Virus record (IMG/VR): IMGVR_UViG_3300020421_001669
Coordinates: 1-64,000 of that record
Origin: a virus
Direction: 5' to 3' (one strand)
Length of the DNA: 64,000 nucleotides
Shown here: positions 18,287 to 28,233 of the stretch, piece by piece
How the letters are laid out: each line of letters opens with the position of its first letter
Numbering within the stretch: position 1 is the stretch's first letter
The notes under the pieces: generated by a model
What the model was told of the DNA's origin: nothing
Databases searched by the model: none
What the model saw: only the letters and a program-made list of their open reading frames with translations
Position numbers and translations under genes: made by a program

Positions 18287-19816
18287 ATGGCAGAAATTAT
18301 GGATGGAATTATATTTGGCGGACAATTAGAAGACTTTGCTGGTTCAATACACAAAGAAGATTCTAAAAACATTTCAATGAGAAGGTCTTCTGGTGGTCAC
18401 AAGATTGCCACCTTTTTGAGGCAGAATGGTTATGAAATTGATGTAGTAGATTATGTCCATCGCTGGAAAATAGAACAACTCAAACAATATCTAAAACCAA
18501 TCGCAAAGGATTGTAAGTTCTTTGGATTTGGTTCTACATTCTTTTTAGACAGTCCAGTTGTCAAAGAACTGGTTGCGTGGTTAAAAGAAGAGTATCCTAA
18601 TGTACCGCGTGTCGCTGGTAGTCAAAATGATAGCATGCGTAGTTTGGACATGGATTGGTATGTCTATGGTTATGGTGAAAATGCCATGTTAGAACTACTC
18701 AAACATTTTGATGGTGGGCCAGAACCCATACACTACAATAAAGTAATTAACTGTTATGTAAATTACAAATCATTTCCAAAAGAAGATTTAACAGTATCCT
18801 ATCAAGAAAGAGATTTTGTCAATCCACGCGAAATCATGATGATAGAGTTTGCCCGTGGGTGTAAGTTTAAATGTAAGTTTTGTAGTTTCCCGATACTAGG
18901 TGTTAAGGGGGATTACTCTCGTACAGCACAAAGCGTATATGATGAGATGTCAGAAAACTATGACAAGTGGGGTATAGAACACTATCTTGTTATTGACGAA
19001 ACATTTAATGATAGTTCAGAGAAAATAGAAAAGTTTGCTAATGCAATAGAGAAACTTCCTTTCCAACCAAAGATGACCGCATTTATTCGTGGTGACTTAC
19101 TTGCTTCGCGTCCTAGAGATTGGGACAATCTAATTAAGATGGGAATTACATCTCATTTCTATGGTATTGAAAGTATGAACCACAAGGCAGCTAAATCGGT
19201 TGGTAAGGGGATGAATACTGGTAGGATACAAGATGGTCTATTAGAAGTAAAAGAATACTTTCAGACAAATGCTGGATACTACAAGGGTCTAATATCCTTG
19301 ATTGCTGGTTTGCCTTATGAGACTATTGATAGTTTACGCGAGACAGTTAGATGGTGTTCTGAATACTGGTCTGACCAGAGTTATCATATGAACATATTGA
19401 TGATTAAGTTATTAGGTAAACCATCTCTCAATCATAACTCAGAATTTGATTTGAATTGGAAAGATTACGGTTACAGGGAGTCCCAGTTCCCCAAAGATGA
19501 TATAAAGTGGGATATGAGTATCAATCCGTTCTATAAGTTCCTCTATGAGTATGTGGCGACCTCTGGCGAGTACATTATGTGGGAAAATGACCATACTAAC
19601 ATGTATGATTGTTTTAAATTCTGCGTAGAAGAGTTTAGTCAAGCTAAGTTGAAGAACGCATTAGACCCATTTATGTATGATAAGTTCTTTATTGACCCAA
19701 CTGTAAAGTGGAGTGATTTTGCTACTGAGACACATATGGAAAGGAGAGAATCCCATATCTTAGAACATGTGGATGGATATATTCAGTCTAAACTTAATCT
19801 TGCATCAAGAGTTTAG
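18287..19816 (+). CDS. B12-binding-type (class B) radical SAM protein
   Basis: EFARGCKFKCKFC, DETFND, GIES, IAGLPYET; N-terminal cobalamin-binding-like region with GYGE. Confidence 0.8.
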   Translation: MAEIMDGIIFGGQLEDFAGSIHKEDSKNISMRRSSGGHKIATFLRQNGYEIDVVDYVHRWKIEQLKQYLKPIAKDCKFFGFGSTFFLDSPVVKELVAWLKEEYPNVPRVAGSQNDSMRSLDMDWYVYGYGENAMLELLKHFDGGPEPIHYNKVINCYVNYKSFPKEDLTVSYQERDFVNPREIMMIEFARGCKFKCKFCSFPILGVKGDYSRTAQSVYDEMSENYDKWGIEHYLVIDETFNDSSEKIEKFANAIEKLPFQPKMTAFIRGDLLASRPRDWDNLIKMGITSHFYGIESMNHKAAKSVGKGMNTGRIQDGLLEVKEYFQTNAGYYKGLISLIAGLPYETIDSLRETVRWCSEYWSDQSYHMNILMIKLLGKPSLNHNSEFDLNWKDYGYRESQFPKDDIKWDMSINPFYKFLYEYVATSGEYIMWENDHTNMYDCFKFCVEEFSQAKLKNALDPFMYDKFFIDPTVKWSDFATETHMERRESHILEHVDGYIQSKLNLASRV

Positions 19817-21596
19817 TTTCTGGGTCAACCATTTGACTACTGGTATCTCTGTAGACACCAATTTTCTCTACCTTAGTTGCACCGACACCACTTCCTGTAC
19901 TTGGCATGGTTGCAGTTCTTATTTCACTTGCTAATTGATTTTGTGAGGCAGCAGCTGCGTCTGCGCTTCTTCCAAACTCTGCGGCTGAAGCTTCTGAGGT
20001 AGCCATATTAATTGTTGTTGGCCCAGTGGGTGATGTTCCAGCTTGAGTTGATTCAATTGGTGCCATATCAGCAGCTGAAGTTTCAGTGATATTCATTTTT
20101 AAAGTACCATCTGGGTTATGCGTGGCACCATATTGCTCATCCCATGATGCTTGTTTCTTTTCCATTGCCTTAACATTACCACCAGTTAAGCCTGGGTTAT
20201 CCATACTTGGTCTTGGTGGAGCAGTTCCATCACCTTCCATTAATTTCGCCAATTTCTCCTGTACAAAGTCCATTATCATCCCATAGTTTTCTTTATACGC
20301 TGGGAAGTCTCCAACAGCAGCAAGAGATGCGTGGGCATCGTGTGGTCTTGGATCTTCTTCAGTACCAAATGCATCGTTGTATATGTCTCTTGCCAATAAA
20401 CCAGCATCAATAGTAAGTGACCCAGCTACACTTGGAACAAACATACCAGCTGCCTCTGCACCAGCACCAGCAAAGTCTCCTTCAAATAATCGTGAAATTG
20501 CAAATCCTAACCCAGCACCAGCGCCGATAATTGGAATTGCTTTTAATCCAAATTTACCAACATGTTTTGTAAATGATTTTGCCATCATTTTGGGGTCTGG
20601 TTTTGGTAGTTTTGGTTTTTTCATTTTTACATCAACATTATCGTTAGCTGACGCAACTGGAGTTGAATTGATTGTTGAACGGGCATCAATGGTATCTATA
20701 GGTGGAGTATTAACTCTTGGAGCATCTATAGGTTGTTTTGTATTAATGTCGATAACATTACTAGTAGGTGATTTTGGTTGACCAGCAGCATTTAGTGATG
20801 ATGCAACGGATTTACTAGGTGGTTTTGGTAGTTTGCTAGCCAGTGTAGTTACACCTTTGCCAACAGCTTGAAGCGCGGGTTTCAACATATTGTCTAATGT
20901 TTCTGTTAAAATGGGAACACCAGACATTATCTTACCAAGGTTTTTTGTTATTCTTTGACTGAGGTCACCGAACACACCACCCAGTTCTTCTAACGATTCA
21001 TCAACTCTATTTCTTAACGCTTCTGATGCTTCTTCAGCTTTTTCTCCACCACCTAAATTATCAAAAAGACCCATCGCTTGAGCAGCTGCCAATCCTCCGA
21101 GTCCAGCAGCCATTCCACTACTCATGCCGCTTCCTTTTCCTCCGCCCATACCAAGTCTTGCCCTAATAGAATTTTCTGACTCAACTGCTGGCCCAGAAGC
21201 AGCACTCAAACCAGAAGCCATAACTGCGGTGTCTCCTTTTATATCAACTAATACTTTTTCGATATCTTGTAATTGATTTACTACTGGGTCTCTACTAGAA
21301 ACATCTGACAATGTAGATGTGGCTTGTGATGCTGATACTCCTGTTCCTGCTGATGATATTCCACCACCCATTCCAGCACCAGCAAATTTTCTTTGTCCGC
21401 CACCACCGATTCCACCAGCCTCTCCAGGCGCGTTTATTGGTTCTGGAGCACCAAATACAGCATCTCCTATTCCATATCCTAAAGCAGTACCACCGACTTG
21501 TCTTCCAAAACCTCCAGATGCTCTAACGCCAGATTGGGCTACTCCTTTGCCGCCTCCCAAGAGTTTTTGACCAAATCTAGTAAAAAATCCTATCAA
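19794..21596 (-). CDS. Tape-measure-like tail protein (gp29 analog)
   Basis: 600 aa, Gly/Ala-rich, KAIPIIGAGAG hydrophobic segment, follows gp26/gp51; TTG start with SD GGAGA. Confidence 0.6.
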   Translation of the reverse strand: MIGFFTRFGQKLLGGGKGVAQSGVRASGGFGRQVGGTALGYGIGDAVFGAPEPINAPGEAGGIGGGGQRKFAGAGMGGGISSAGTGVSASQATSTLSDVSSRDPVVNQLQDIEKVLVDIKGDTAVMASGLSAASGPAVESENSIRARLGMGGGKGSGMSSGMAAGLGGLAAAQAMGLFDNLGGGEKAEEASEALRNRVDESLEELGGVFGDLSQRITKNLGKIMSGVPILTETLDNMLKPALQAVGKGVTTLASKLPKPPSKSVASSLNAAGQPKSPTSNVIDINTKQPIDAPRVNTPPIDTIDARSTINSTPVASANDNVDVKMKKPKLPKPDPKMMAKSFTKHVGKFGLKAIPIIGAGAGLGFAISRLFEGDFAGAGAEAAGMFVPSVAGSLTIDAGLLARDIYNDAFGTEEDPRPHDAHASLAAVGDFPAYKENYGMIMDFVQEKLAKLMEGDGTAPPRPSMDNPGLTGGNVKAMEKKQASWDEQYGATHNPDGTLKMNITETSAADMAPIESTQAGTSPTGPTTINMATSEASAAEFGRSADAAAASQNQLASEIRTATMPSTGSGVGATKVEKIGVYRDTSSQMVDPETKLLMQD

Positions 21597-21597
21597 C

Positions 21598-21795
21598 TTA
21601 ATTTCTCCATTTATTAGACTTCATATCGTCTGCTTTTTTCTTTAAATGTTGGACTAACATTGATATATACACTTGCCTTTCCCACGGAACCCAACTCTCT
21701 ATTTCTGTTAAACTATATTTATGTTCTTGCATAAGTAGAAAGTTCGTTTTAAAGTAATTTTCTAAATTCTCATGAAAAAGGCTTATCCGAAAAAA
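21598..21795 (-). CDS. gp51: gp51-like baseplate hub assembly/tail chaperone ORF (probably reached by -1 frameshift; internal ATG at 21732)
   Basis: HENLENYFKTNFLLMQEHKYSLTEIESWVPWERQVYISML, typical of marine T4-like gp51; absent from the ORF track. Confidence 0.8.
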   Translation of the reverse strand, partial: FFRISLFHENLENYFKTNFLLMQEHKYSLTEIESWVPWERQVYISMLVQHLKKKADDMKSNKWRN

Positions 21796-22484
21796 TCGTA
21801 ATACCCATTCAAAAAGGTTTTGTTATTCTTTTCGCATTTCGGACAACTATATTCAATCTCGCTTTCTATCACGGGCATTGACTCAAAAAACTTTTTAAAT
21901 GCCTTGAATTGTTCTGAAGTAAGGTTATCAATAAATTCTTCCTTATCTTCTGGACTCAAATCTTCAGATTCAATGATACTGTCTCCAGCAAATATTTTGT
22001 CAATACATAGTTCCGCGACCTTAAATACATCCCCTTCTGTTTCTGACTTACCTAACATCATCATTTCTTTTACATTTGGATATCTCATTTCAACTAATAC
22101 ATCCTCAGAAAGTCTTACTTCTTTTTCATGACCTTCTGTTTCATGTAATTTAAAATTACCCAAATCAATAGTGATGTCGATAGCATTTTCACAATGACCG
22201 CAGGCTAGTCTCGCCTCTACTGTTTCTGATATTGAAACCTTCCTTAGATTTAAAAAGATATTTTGCATATCAAACACTGGAAGTTCATCTCCAGAAATTT
22301 CACCAAATGAACAGTTCGTGATAATTTGTTGAGTAGCCTTTATCATCTCATCTATATCTTTGGTTTCGTTTGCTAATATAAGCAGTTTCTCCTCTTTAAC
22401 TAGGAAAGGTCTGAATTTTACACTCTTATTAAGAGAGTGTACGCGAACATCTATCAGAGGATGTTCTGTCTGTGGTAGTGCCAT
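21783..22484 (-). CDS. gp26: gp26-like baseplate hub assembly protein (copy 2)
   Basis: MALP, FRPFLVKEEKLL, two CxxC, ends DFFG; SD GGAGG before ATG 22484. Confidence 0.88.
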   Translation of the reverse strand: MALPQTEHPLIDVRVHSLNKSVKFRPFLVKEEKLLILANETKDIDEMIKATQQIITNCSFGEISGDELPVFDMQNIFLNLRKVSISETVEARLACGHCENAIDITIDLGNFKLHETEGHEKEVRLSEDVLVEMRYPNVKEMMMLGKSETEGDVFKVAELCIDKIFAGDSIIESEDLSPEDKEEFIDNLTSEQFKAFKKFFESMPVIESEIEYSCPKCEKNNKTFLNGYYDFFG

Positions 22485-22498
22485 ATTATCCTCCAAAC

Positions 22499-23182
22499 CT
22501 ATTCCGAAAACGACATATATCCATTCATTATATTGACATTTGTCGCTTCGCACTTTTCACAATTAAAAAATACTTCATTTTCAATAACTGGGATTGTCGC
22601 AAAAAATAAATTAATTTTTGCAAACTCATCTTTTGTTAAATTGTCAATGAACTCTTCTTTTTCTTCTAAGGTGGCATCTGATATTATTTCGCCACCATAC
22701 TCTACTTTATCGATACACAAAGCAGCTATATCGAAAAAATCTATTTGATTGTTTTTTTGTTCTGTTAGTACCATTGATGCGGTGGGATACTTCATTGATA
22801 TTCTCAATTCATCGCGTATAGTTATGATATTTGTATGTTCTTTAACAACCTTCATTTTAAAGTTGTCCATATCAACAGCTATTTGATTCTCTTCACCGCA
22901 CTCGTTACAGAAAATTAGATATTCTGGTGCATCTACATTTGATATTTTTTGCAATTGAATCCAGATATTTTGGGTATCAAAAATAGGTAAAGTAGTCGCA
23001 TCTACTTCACCCAAAGAACAATTTGTTATGCACTGAGATATATTCTTGATAAGTGTTTGTGGGTCATCTATGGACTCAAACAATCTTTCTTCTTTTACCA
23101 AGAATGGTCTAAAAGGTATTTCTTTATCTAAAGCATAAACATAAATGTTTGTCAAAGGATATTCCGCCTTTGGTAAAACCAT
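22499..23182 (-). CDS. gp26: gp26-like baseplate hub assembly protein (copy 1)
   Basis: MVLPK, FRPFLVKEE, CNEC and CEKC, MKYP. Confidence 0.82.
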   Translation of the reverse strand: MVLPKAEYPLTNIYVYALDKEIPFRPFLVKEERLFESIDDPQTLIKNISQCITNCSLGEVDATTLPIFDTQNIWIQLQKISNVDAPEYLIFCNECGEENQIAVDMDNFKMKVVKEHTNIITIRDELRISMKYPTASMVLTEQKNNQIDFFDIAALCIDKVEYGGEIISDATLEEKEEFIDNLTKDEFAKINLFFATIPVIENEVFFNCEKCEATNVNIMNGYMSFSE

Positions 23183-23199
23183 TACAAACCTCCAAAATT

Positions 23200-23832
23200 T
23201 TAATCAAGCCAATCGTTAATACTATTTGCTACCTTGTTGTTTATAGCATTTCTAATACTTCCCTTACGGAAGTTAAATATACCAAACAATCTTTCTGCCT
23301 CACCAGCTGAAACTCCCCTAGAAGTCCATCTTCTAAAGGCAAATGTTACATTAACTCTCACAATACCCTCAGCACTTTGACCCATTGGTAGAATGTTCAT
23401 AAGTCTTGGAAATGCATCATATAGTTTCCATCGCGTGACTCTGTTGTCTTCTCTATCTAGGGTGTAAACTTCTACTGAACCAGTGTAATCTTCTGGAAAT
23501 GCCACTTCTTTGGATAGTGGGTCTGCAATGAGAGTCATCCAATTTTCAAAGTAGGTTCTTGCGTCCCAGTTATCGTCACAGAAAAATGTAAACGCTGCTG
23601 TATCACCAAAGTATTCTATACCATGCGCTCTTTGTTCTGTCCAGTGAGATATTTTTGTAGGTGTCCACATAATTTGCAGGCCTGGTATTTGTGCTTCCTC
23701 GCACAATAATGATACTTCTCTATCAGTCAAGAAATTAGCAGGACTGTTAATTAGTACCTCAAATCTATTTGACCTTGCGAGGTCATTCTTTCTGACTTTA
23801 GATATGAAGTCATTTGTTTTAAAATATGCCAT
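23200..23832 (-). CDS. Tail tube initiator gp54-like (gp19 fold)
   Basis: LARSNRFEV, LCEEAQIPG, FENWM, LYDAFP, VTFAFRRW. Confidence 0.7.
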   Translation of the reverse strand: MAYFKTNDFISKVRKNDLARSNRFEVLINSPANFLTDREVSLLCEEAQIPGLQIMWTPTKISHWTEQRAHGIEYFGDTAAFTFFCDDNWDARTYFENWMTLIADPLSKEVAFPEDYTGSVEVYTLDREDNRVTRWKLYDAFPRLMNILPMGQSAEGIVRVNVTFAFRRWTSRGVSAGEAERLFGIFNFRKGSIRNAINNKVANSINDWLD

Positions 23833-24401
23833 TAAATCATGCTCCTAGACTTTTGGAATACGGTATTCTTGTTAACATTAAAATCTTCTACTGGCAAAAA
23901 TATTGCGCCTTTCCAATCTTGTGGATTGATTTCATAAAACCTTGACCTCATCTGTCTGGTTAAGTATCTTTTGACACATGGTTTTACTTCTGGGAATGTT
24001 GCTGAATTAGATAACAGGTTCCAGTTATATCTCATGGTTGTTTTGTCATCTATTCCCCTGTCGTTTACTGTTTCCATGAGTTTGCCTAATAACTGCGCTC
24101 TCATCATATAAGGTAGATAATGCAAATTCAATCCCCAGAATCCATCATTGGTTGGTTCAAAGGGGAGACACAAAGGAAACGCATCAAAGTACGGTAATTT
24201 TTCTTTGTGTTTAGCATCATATCTAAACATGTACATAGAACCAATTTCAAATTGACTTACTATCTTTCCTATGTCAGATGATATAGCGCTGGACGGACTG
24301 TTTACGCCACGCATAATCTGCCTTACTTGGTTCATGTACCAATTAAATGACTTTCTTCCAGAGTCGGAGTTGGGTCTTATTTGTAGAAATGGATTTGCCA
24401 T
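23832..24401 (-). CDS. gp2: DNA end protector gp2
   Basis: YDAKHKEKLPYFDAFPL, GLNLHYL, CVKRYL, AIFLP. Confidence 0.92.
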   Translation of the reverse strand: MANPFLQIRPNSDSGRKSFNWYMNQVRQIMRGVNSPSSAISSDIGKIVSQFEIGSMYMFRYDAKHKEKLPYFDAFPLCLPFEPTNDGFWGLNLHYLPYMMRAQLLGKLMETVNDRGIDDKTTMRYNWNLLSNSATFPEVKPCVKRYLTRQMRSRFYEINPQDWKGAIFLPVEDFNVNKNTVFQKSRSMI

Positions 24402-24406
24402 AGCGA

Positions 24407-24847
24407 CTATTTATAATACATTCCCAATTCTTTTTCAGTAATTATTTTAAATTCCCATCCTCTATTAAGACAAAATTCTTTTGCTGATTTCCACTTTGCT
24501 CCATTGACACCATATTGGGCAATTTCTTGTAAGTACTTTTTTGTTTTCCTTCTTGGTTCTGGAGGTTTGGTGAATCGTTCTGGTTTGATTTCTATCAGAT
24601 ATGTACCACCAACGGTCTTTAGATAGAAGTCTACAAAGTATCTGTGTATTTTCATGTCTATGGGTGACCTATAAGGTATCGCTATAGGTTCAGATGCCCA
24701 CTCTAAAACATCTTGGTTCTTGTCGCACCAATTCATAAATTTTAGTTCATAGGCAGACCTATAAATAACCTGTGAAACATTCCCACGATACTTTTTTGTG
24801 TTTTTTGGAATAAATTTCCCTTGGTGAATATCTTTTCGGTACGGCAT
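24407..24847 (-). CDS. gp4: Head completion nuclease gp4
   Basis: YRSAYE, WASE, HRYFVDF, IEIKP, AKW, ITEKEL. Confidence 0.92.
   Translation of the reverse strand: MPYRKDIHQGKFIPKNTKKYRGNVSQVIYRSAYELKFMNWCDKNQDVLEWASEPIAIPYRSPIDMKIHRYFVDFYLKTVGGTYLIEIKPERFTKPPEPRRKTKKYLQEIAQYGVNGAKWKSAKEFCLNRGWEFKIITEKELGMYYK
24408..24415 (-). promoter_or_regulatory. T4 late promoter 6 nt before the gp2 ATG
   Basis: TATAAATA on the minus strand. Confidence 0.65.
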
Positions 24848-24849
24848 GT

Positions 24850-24886
24850 TATAAATAGTCCAATAAAATCATAAATACTATTTATT
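24850..24886. promoter_or_regulatory. Divergent late promoters between gp4 and gp48
   Basis: TATAAATA (+, 24850), CATAAATA (+, 24870), AATAAATA (-, 24879-24886). Confidence 0.7.
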
Positions 24887-24898
24887 CGGAGTTTTTAC

Positions 24899-26269
24899 AT
24901 GAGCAGTTCCATTTACAATTGGTTAGATGAAAAACTAGGTGGTATACTGCCAGGCGCGGTGCCACTTGGTGGTGGGGAACGAGACCAAGGCAGTGACCCA
25001 GAAGCAGCAGCTAACAAAGTTGCCAATGCGAACTCAACAGCAACTGATAAAAATAATACCTCCAAAGAAAACAAAACTGCTACTAGAAGGAAAGTTACTT
25101 TTCAACAATTATCTTATCCAGACGGACTAGATAACACAGAAGAGTTTCCTCACCAAATCATATTCAATGTTTTAATTAGAGAAAGTTCTTTGGAATCTGG
25201 GGCAAACTCAGACATACCTAAAGCTGGCCGCGGTGAAACCTTTATGGACGATATGTCAAATGAAGGTGCAAAAGAAGTAGTAAAAAGTGTTGCGAAAGGT
25301 TCCGTTGTAGGTGCTACAGTTGCTTACGGTCTAACTCAAAATGCAATAAAGGGTGGTGCTATTGCTGGTCTTGGATTTCTAGGTAAAGATTTTTTTGCAG
25401 ATAAAGTTGGACAACTAACTCAACCAAAGATGGCAAGAAGGAATGTCGCTTCTATTAGATTAGCTATGCCACAATCACCACAAAACAAAATGACTGCGGA
25501 ATGGGATGTAACCGATTTTGGTGCCCTCATGGGTGCTATTGCTTCAAAGGATGGTGATAAAGCATTGAAAGATATGATTCGAGATGCAGACATGCAAACT
25601 GAAGCTGGACAATCTTTGTTAAGAACTGCCGCTGGTACATTGAACATAACAAAACAATTAGGATTAAACTTACCACTGCAATCAAGTATAGAATTGATGA
25701 CTCGTAAAGTGCAGAACCCATTTAAAGAAACACTATTTAAAACTATGGGATTTAGGGACTTTCCTTTTGTATTTAAATTTGCACCCAAGAACAGACATGA
25801 GTTACTACAGGCATTAAAAATTGTAAATGTATTTGAAAGGTTTATGACTCCACAAAAATCTCCTGCTAAGTTATTCCTTGAATACCCAGCTGAGTTTGAG
25901 ATAGTGTATATGTACAAAGGTAAAGAAAATGCTTACTTTACAAACTTTTTTAATGACACTGCTTTGACTAGTTTCCAAGTTGACTATGGTAACAACGGAA
26001 TGTATACCGCGTTCCAAGGAACAGAAGGTGCTCCATCTGAAATTACTATGAGTCTAGGATTCAAAGAACTTACACTTCTTCACAGAGATGCTATTGTTGA
26101 CTTCACAGACCAAAAAGAAGTTATGGGTGGATTCGACCAAGGGTCTATGGGTATAGGAGAGGGTGCTACTATTTCTGGGGAAACACAAATTACACCAGAC
26201 CCCGCTACAGCAAAAATTACTGAGACTAGTAACGCAGAACCCTCATCAAGTAGTGGAGACAGTCAATAA
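24899..26269 (+). CDS. gp48: Baseplate tail tube cap gp48
   Basis: LSYP, NPFKETLFKTMGFRDFPFVFKFAPKN, YPAEFEI, LGFKE. Confidence 0.85.
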   Translation: MSSSIYNWLDEKLGGILPGAVPLGGGERDQGSDPEAAANKVANANSTATDKNNTSKENKTATRRKVTFQQLSYPDGLDNTEEFPHQIIFNVLIRESSLESGANSDIPKAGRGETFMDDMSNEGAKEVVKSVAKGSVVGATVAYGLTQNAIKGGAIAGLGFLGKDFFADKVGQLTQPKMARRNVASIRLAMPQSPQNKMTAEWDVTDFGALMGAIASKDGDKALKDMIRDADMQTEAGQSLLRTAAGTLNITKQLGLNLPLQSSIELMTRKVQNPFKETLFKTMGFRDFPFVFKFAPKNRHELLQALKIVNVFERFMTPQKSPAKLFLEYPAEFEIVYMYKGKENAYFTNFFNDTALTSFQVDYGNNGMYTAFQGTEGAPSEITMSLGFKELTLLHRDAIVDFTDQKEVMGGFDQGSMGIGEGATISGETQITPDPATAKITETSNAEPSSSSGDSQ

Positions 26270-26781
26270 TGTCATTTTTTAAACAATTTCCTAGAACTCT
26301 TTATCTTGTAGATGGTACTCTGGTAAACATACCAGATTTATTTCGCCGTGTCAAACCGAATGAGTTATTTGACAACATGGCTTATCTAAATGAATATGAA
26401 GTTCAAGATGGACAAAGACCAGAACATATTTCATACGATTTATATGAAACTGTTGATTACTACTGGGTTATATTAGTATGTAACAATATCATTGACCCAT
26501 ATCATGATTGGCCCAAGTCAAACCTAGATTTAGCTGAATTTGCAAAACAAAGATATGGTGAAGAAAACTTAGGTAAGATACACCATTATGTTGATTCAAC
26601 AAATGAAAATATTAGGGTTAATTTTGATGAGACAAAATTTAATTTAAATCAAATTAAAATTGTTACCAATATTCAACACGAAGAAAAAATAAATGAAGAG
26701 AAAAGAAAAATCAAATTACCTAAACCAGAGTTTATAGAAGAAATATCTGGACAATTTAGGTCATTGATAAGAGGAAGATAA
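26269..26781 (+). CDS. gp53: Baseplate wedge gp53
   Basis: FFKQFP, RPEHISYDLY, YYWVILVCNNIIDP..DWP, NEEKRKI. Confidence 0.92.
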   Translation: MSFFKQFPRTLYLVDGTLVNIPDLFRRVKPNELFDNMAYLNEYEVQDGQRPEHISYDLYETVDYYWVILVCNNIIDPYHDWPKSNLDLAEFAKQRYGEENLGKIHHYVDSTNENIRVNFDETKFNLNQIKIVTNIQHEEKINEEKRKIKLPKPEFIEEISGQFRSLIRGR

Positions 26782-26787
26782 TACATT

Positions 26788-28233
26788 ATGGCACAAGTAC
26801 AAATTCAAGCCGCTGGTGGCGTAGATATTGGAAAAATAATGCTCAAAGCTTCTCAAGAAGCTGGTGGTAAAGAAGTAGAAATCACTAACATGGTTGGTGA
26901 TATTGTTATTCAAGAAAGTATTCATACAAATTATATGACTATGGAGTTAACATGTGGTGACTCCGCAAATCTAATAGGTACACTTCCTATAGTTGGTGGT
27001 GAACTAATAACAATTAGGTTACATTCAAATCATTTGGAGTCAGATAAAGATTCACAAATTATCCACCAAACATTTGTTATAGATTCAATTGTAAACAGAA
27101 GATTCAAAGATGACAGGGAAGAGACTTATACTATAAAATGTATTACTCCAGAAGGATATAAAAACAATACTACTGTAATCAGTGAAAGGTTTTCTGGGCC
27201 TCCGCGAGACATATTCCTAGAAATTTATAACAGGTTTATTAGGGATGGAAAAGTAATAACTGACGAAATACAAAAAGAGGGCCCAGATTTAAGTTTTCTT
27301 GACATGTCACAACAAACTTTTAAGAAAGATAATCACTGTTTTATTTCTAATTACTGGACACCTTATAAATGCATGAATTATTTGGCGAGTAAAGTTGCAC
27401 CAGCTCCTGCTGCTGGAAAAGAATTGATGCCGAATGTAAAATATTTTCAGTCTGATAAAGGACATTATGTAACAAGTCTTTCTAAGTTAGCTGCTTTTTA
27501 CAAGGAACAGGGAGTTATATATGATGAGTTTTTCTTACTACCCAATAATGATACTCCATTCATGTTAGATGAACAAAGAACAACAGTTAGTGGTTATAGA
27601 TTTTTAACTCCATTTGTATCAAAACAATTAAACACAATGGGAACTTTGGAAATGCCATTTTACACGCATGACATTAAAGACCAAGTTTCTGGATTTCAAG
27701 GTAATATGACAGTCGGGTTTGACATGACAACAAGATTACCTTATCATATGGAATTTGATTATACACCAAATCAACCAGAAAGAAGAAAACAGAATGTAAG
27801 AACTATGCCACAGGGGTATGAGGATTTTTTCCATCTTGAAGACTTAACAACAATGAGACAGTTGTCAATGTCAGAACCAAGGTCTGCTTTGAATGTACAG
27901 ATAGGTTCCTCTCAGATATGGACTGATAATGACTTTGGTATTGATTGGAGATTTTTCTTGGACACTGCTTACAGAGATACCGCGATAGAAGAGTTAAATA
28001 GATTGGAGATTGCTTTTACTGCTCCAGGCAGAACAGATATAGACTTGGGTATGTTAGTGTATCTGAATATACCTAAAACTGGAGAAAAACCAAAAGGTTC
28101 CACATCTGTGTTTGATAAAAGACTGTCTGGAATTTATATTATAACTGCAATAAGACACGGTGTGGGTACTGCTGATAGTAGTCACAATATGCGAATAACA
28201 TGTGTCCGAGACAGTGTGGGGAGGGATGACTAA
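26788..28233 (+). CDS. Baseplate hub protein (gp27-like)
   Basis: Position between gp53 and gp5; IQESI, LPIVGGE, PG..DLG, LSGIYIITAIRH. Confidence 0.7.
   Translation: MAQVQIQAAGGVDIGKIMLKASQEAGGKEVEITNMVGDIVIQESIHTNYMTMELTCGDSANLIGTLPIVGGELITIRLHSNHLESDKDSQIIHQTFVIDSIVNRRFKDDREETYTIKCITPEGYKNNTTVISERFSGPPRDIFLEIYNRFIRDGKVITDEIQKEGPDLSFLDMSQQTFKKDNHCFISNYWTPYKCMNYLASKVAPAPAAGKELMPNVKYFQSDKGHYVTSLSKLAAFYKEQGVIYDEFFLLPNNDTPFMLDEQRTTVSGYRFLTPFVSKQLNTMGTLEMPFYTHDIKDQVSGFQGNMTVGFDMTTRLPYHMEFDYTPNQPERRKQNVRTMPQGYEDFFHLEDLTTMRQLSMSEPRSALNVQIGSSQIWTDNDFGIDWRFFLDTAYRDTAIEELNRLEIAFTAPGRTDIDLGMLVYLNIPKTGEKPKGSTSVFDKRLSGIYIITAIRHGVGTADSSHNMRITCVRDSVGRDD

Noticed and set aside
20086-21570. Several plus-strand ORFs opposite the tape-measure candidate
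   Set aside because: Shadow ORFs of a Gly/Ala-rich antisense gene, with no SD or motifs
22485-22553. N-terminal extension of gp26 copy 2 in the ORF track
   Set aside because: It overlaps copy 1; the SD GGAGG and the paralog alignment place the start at 22484
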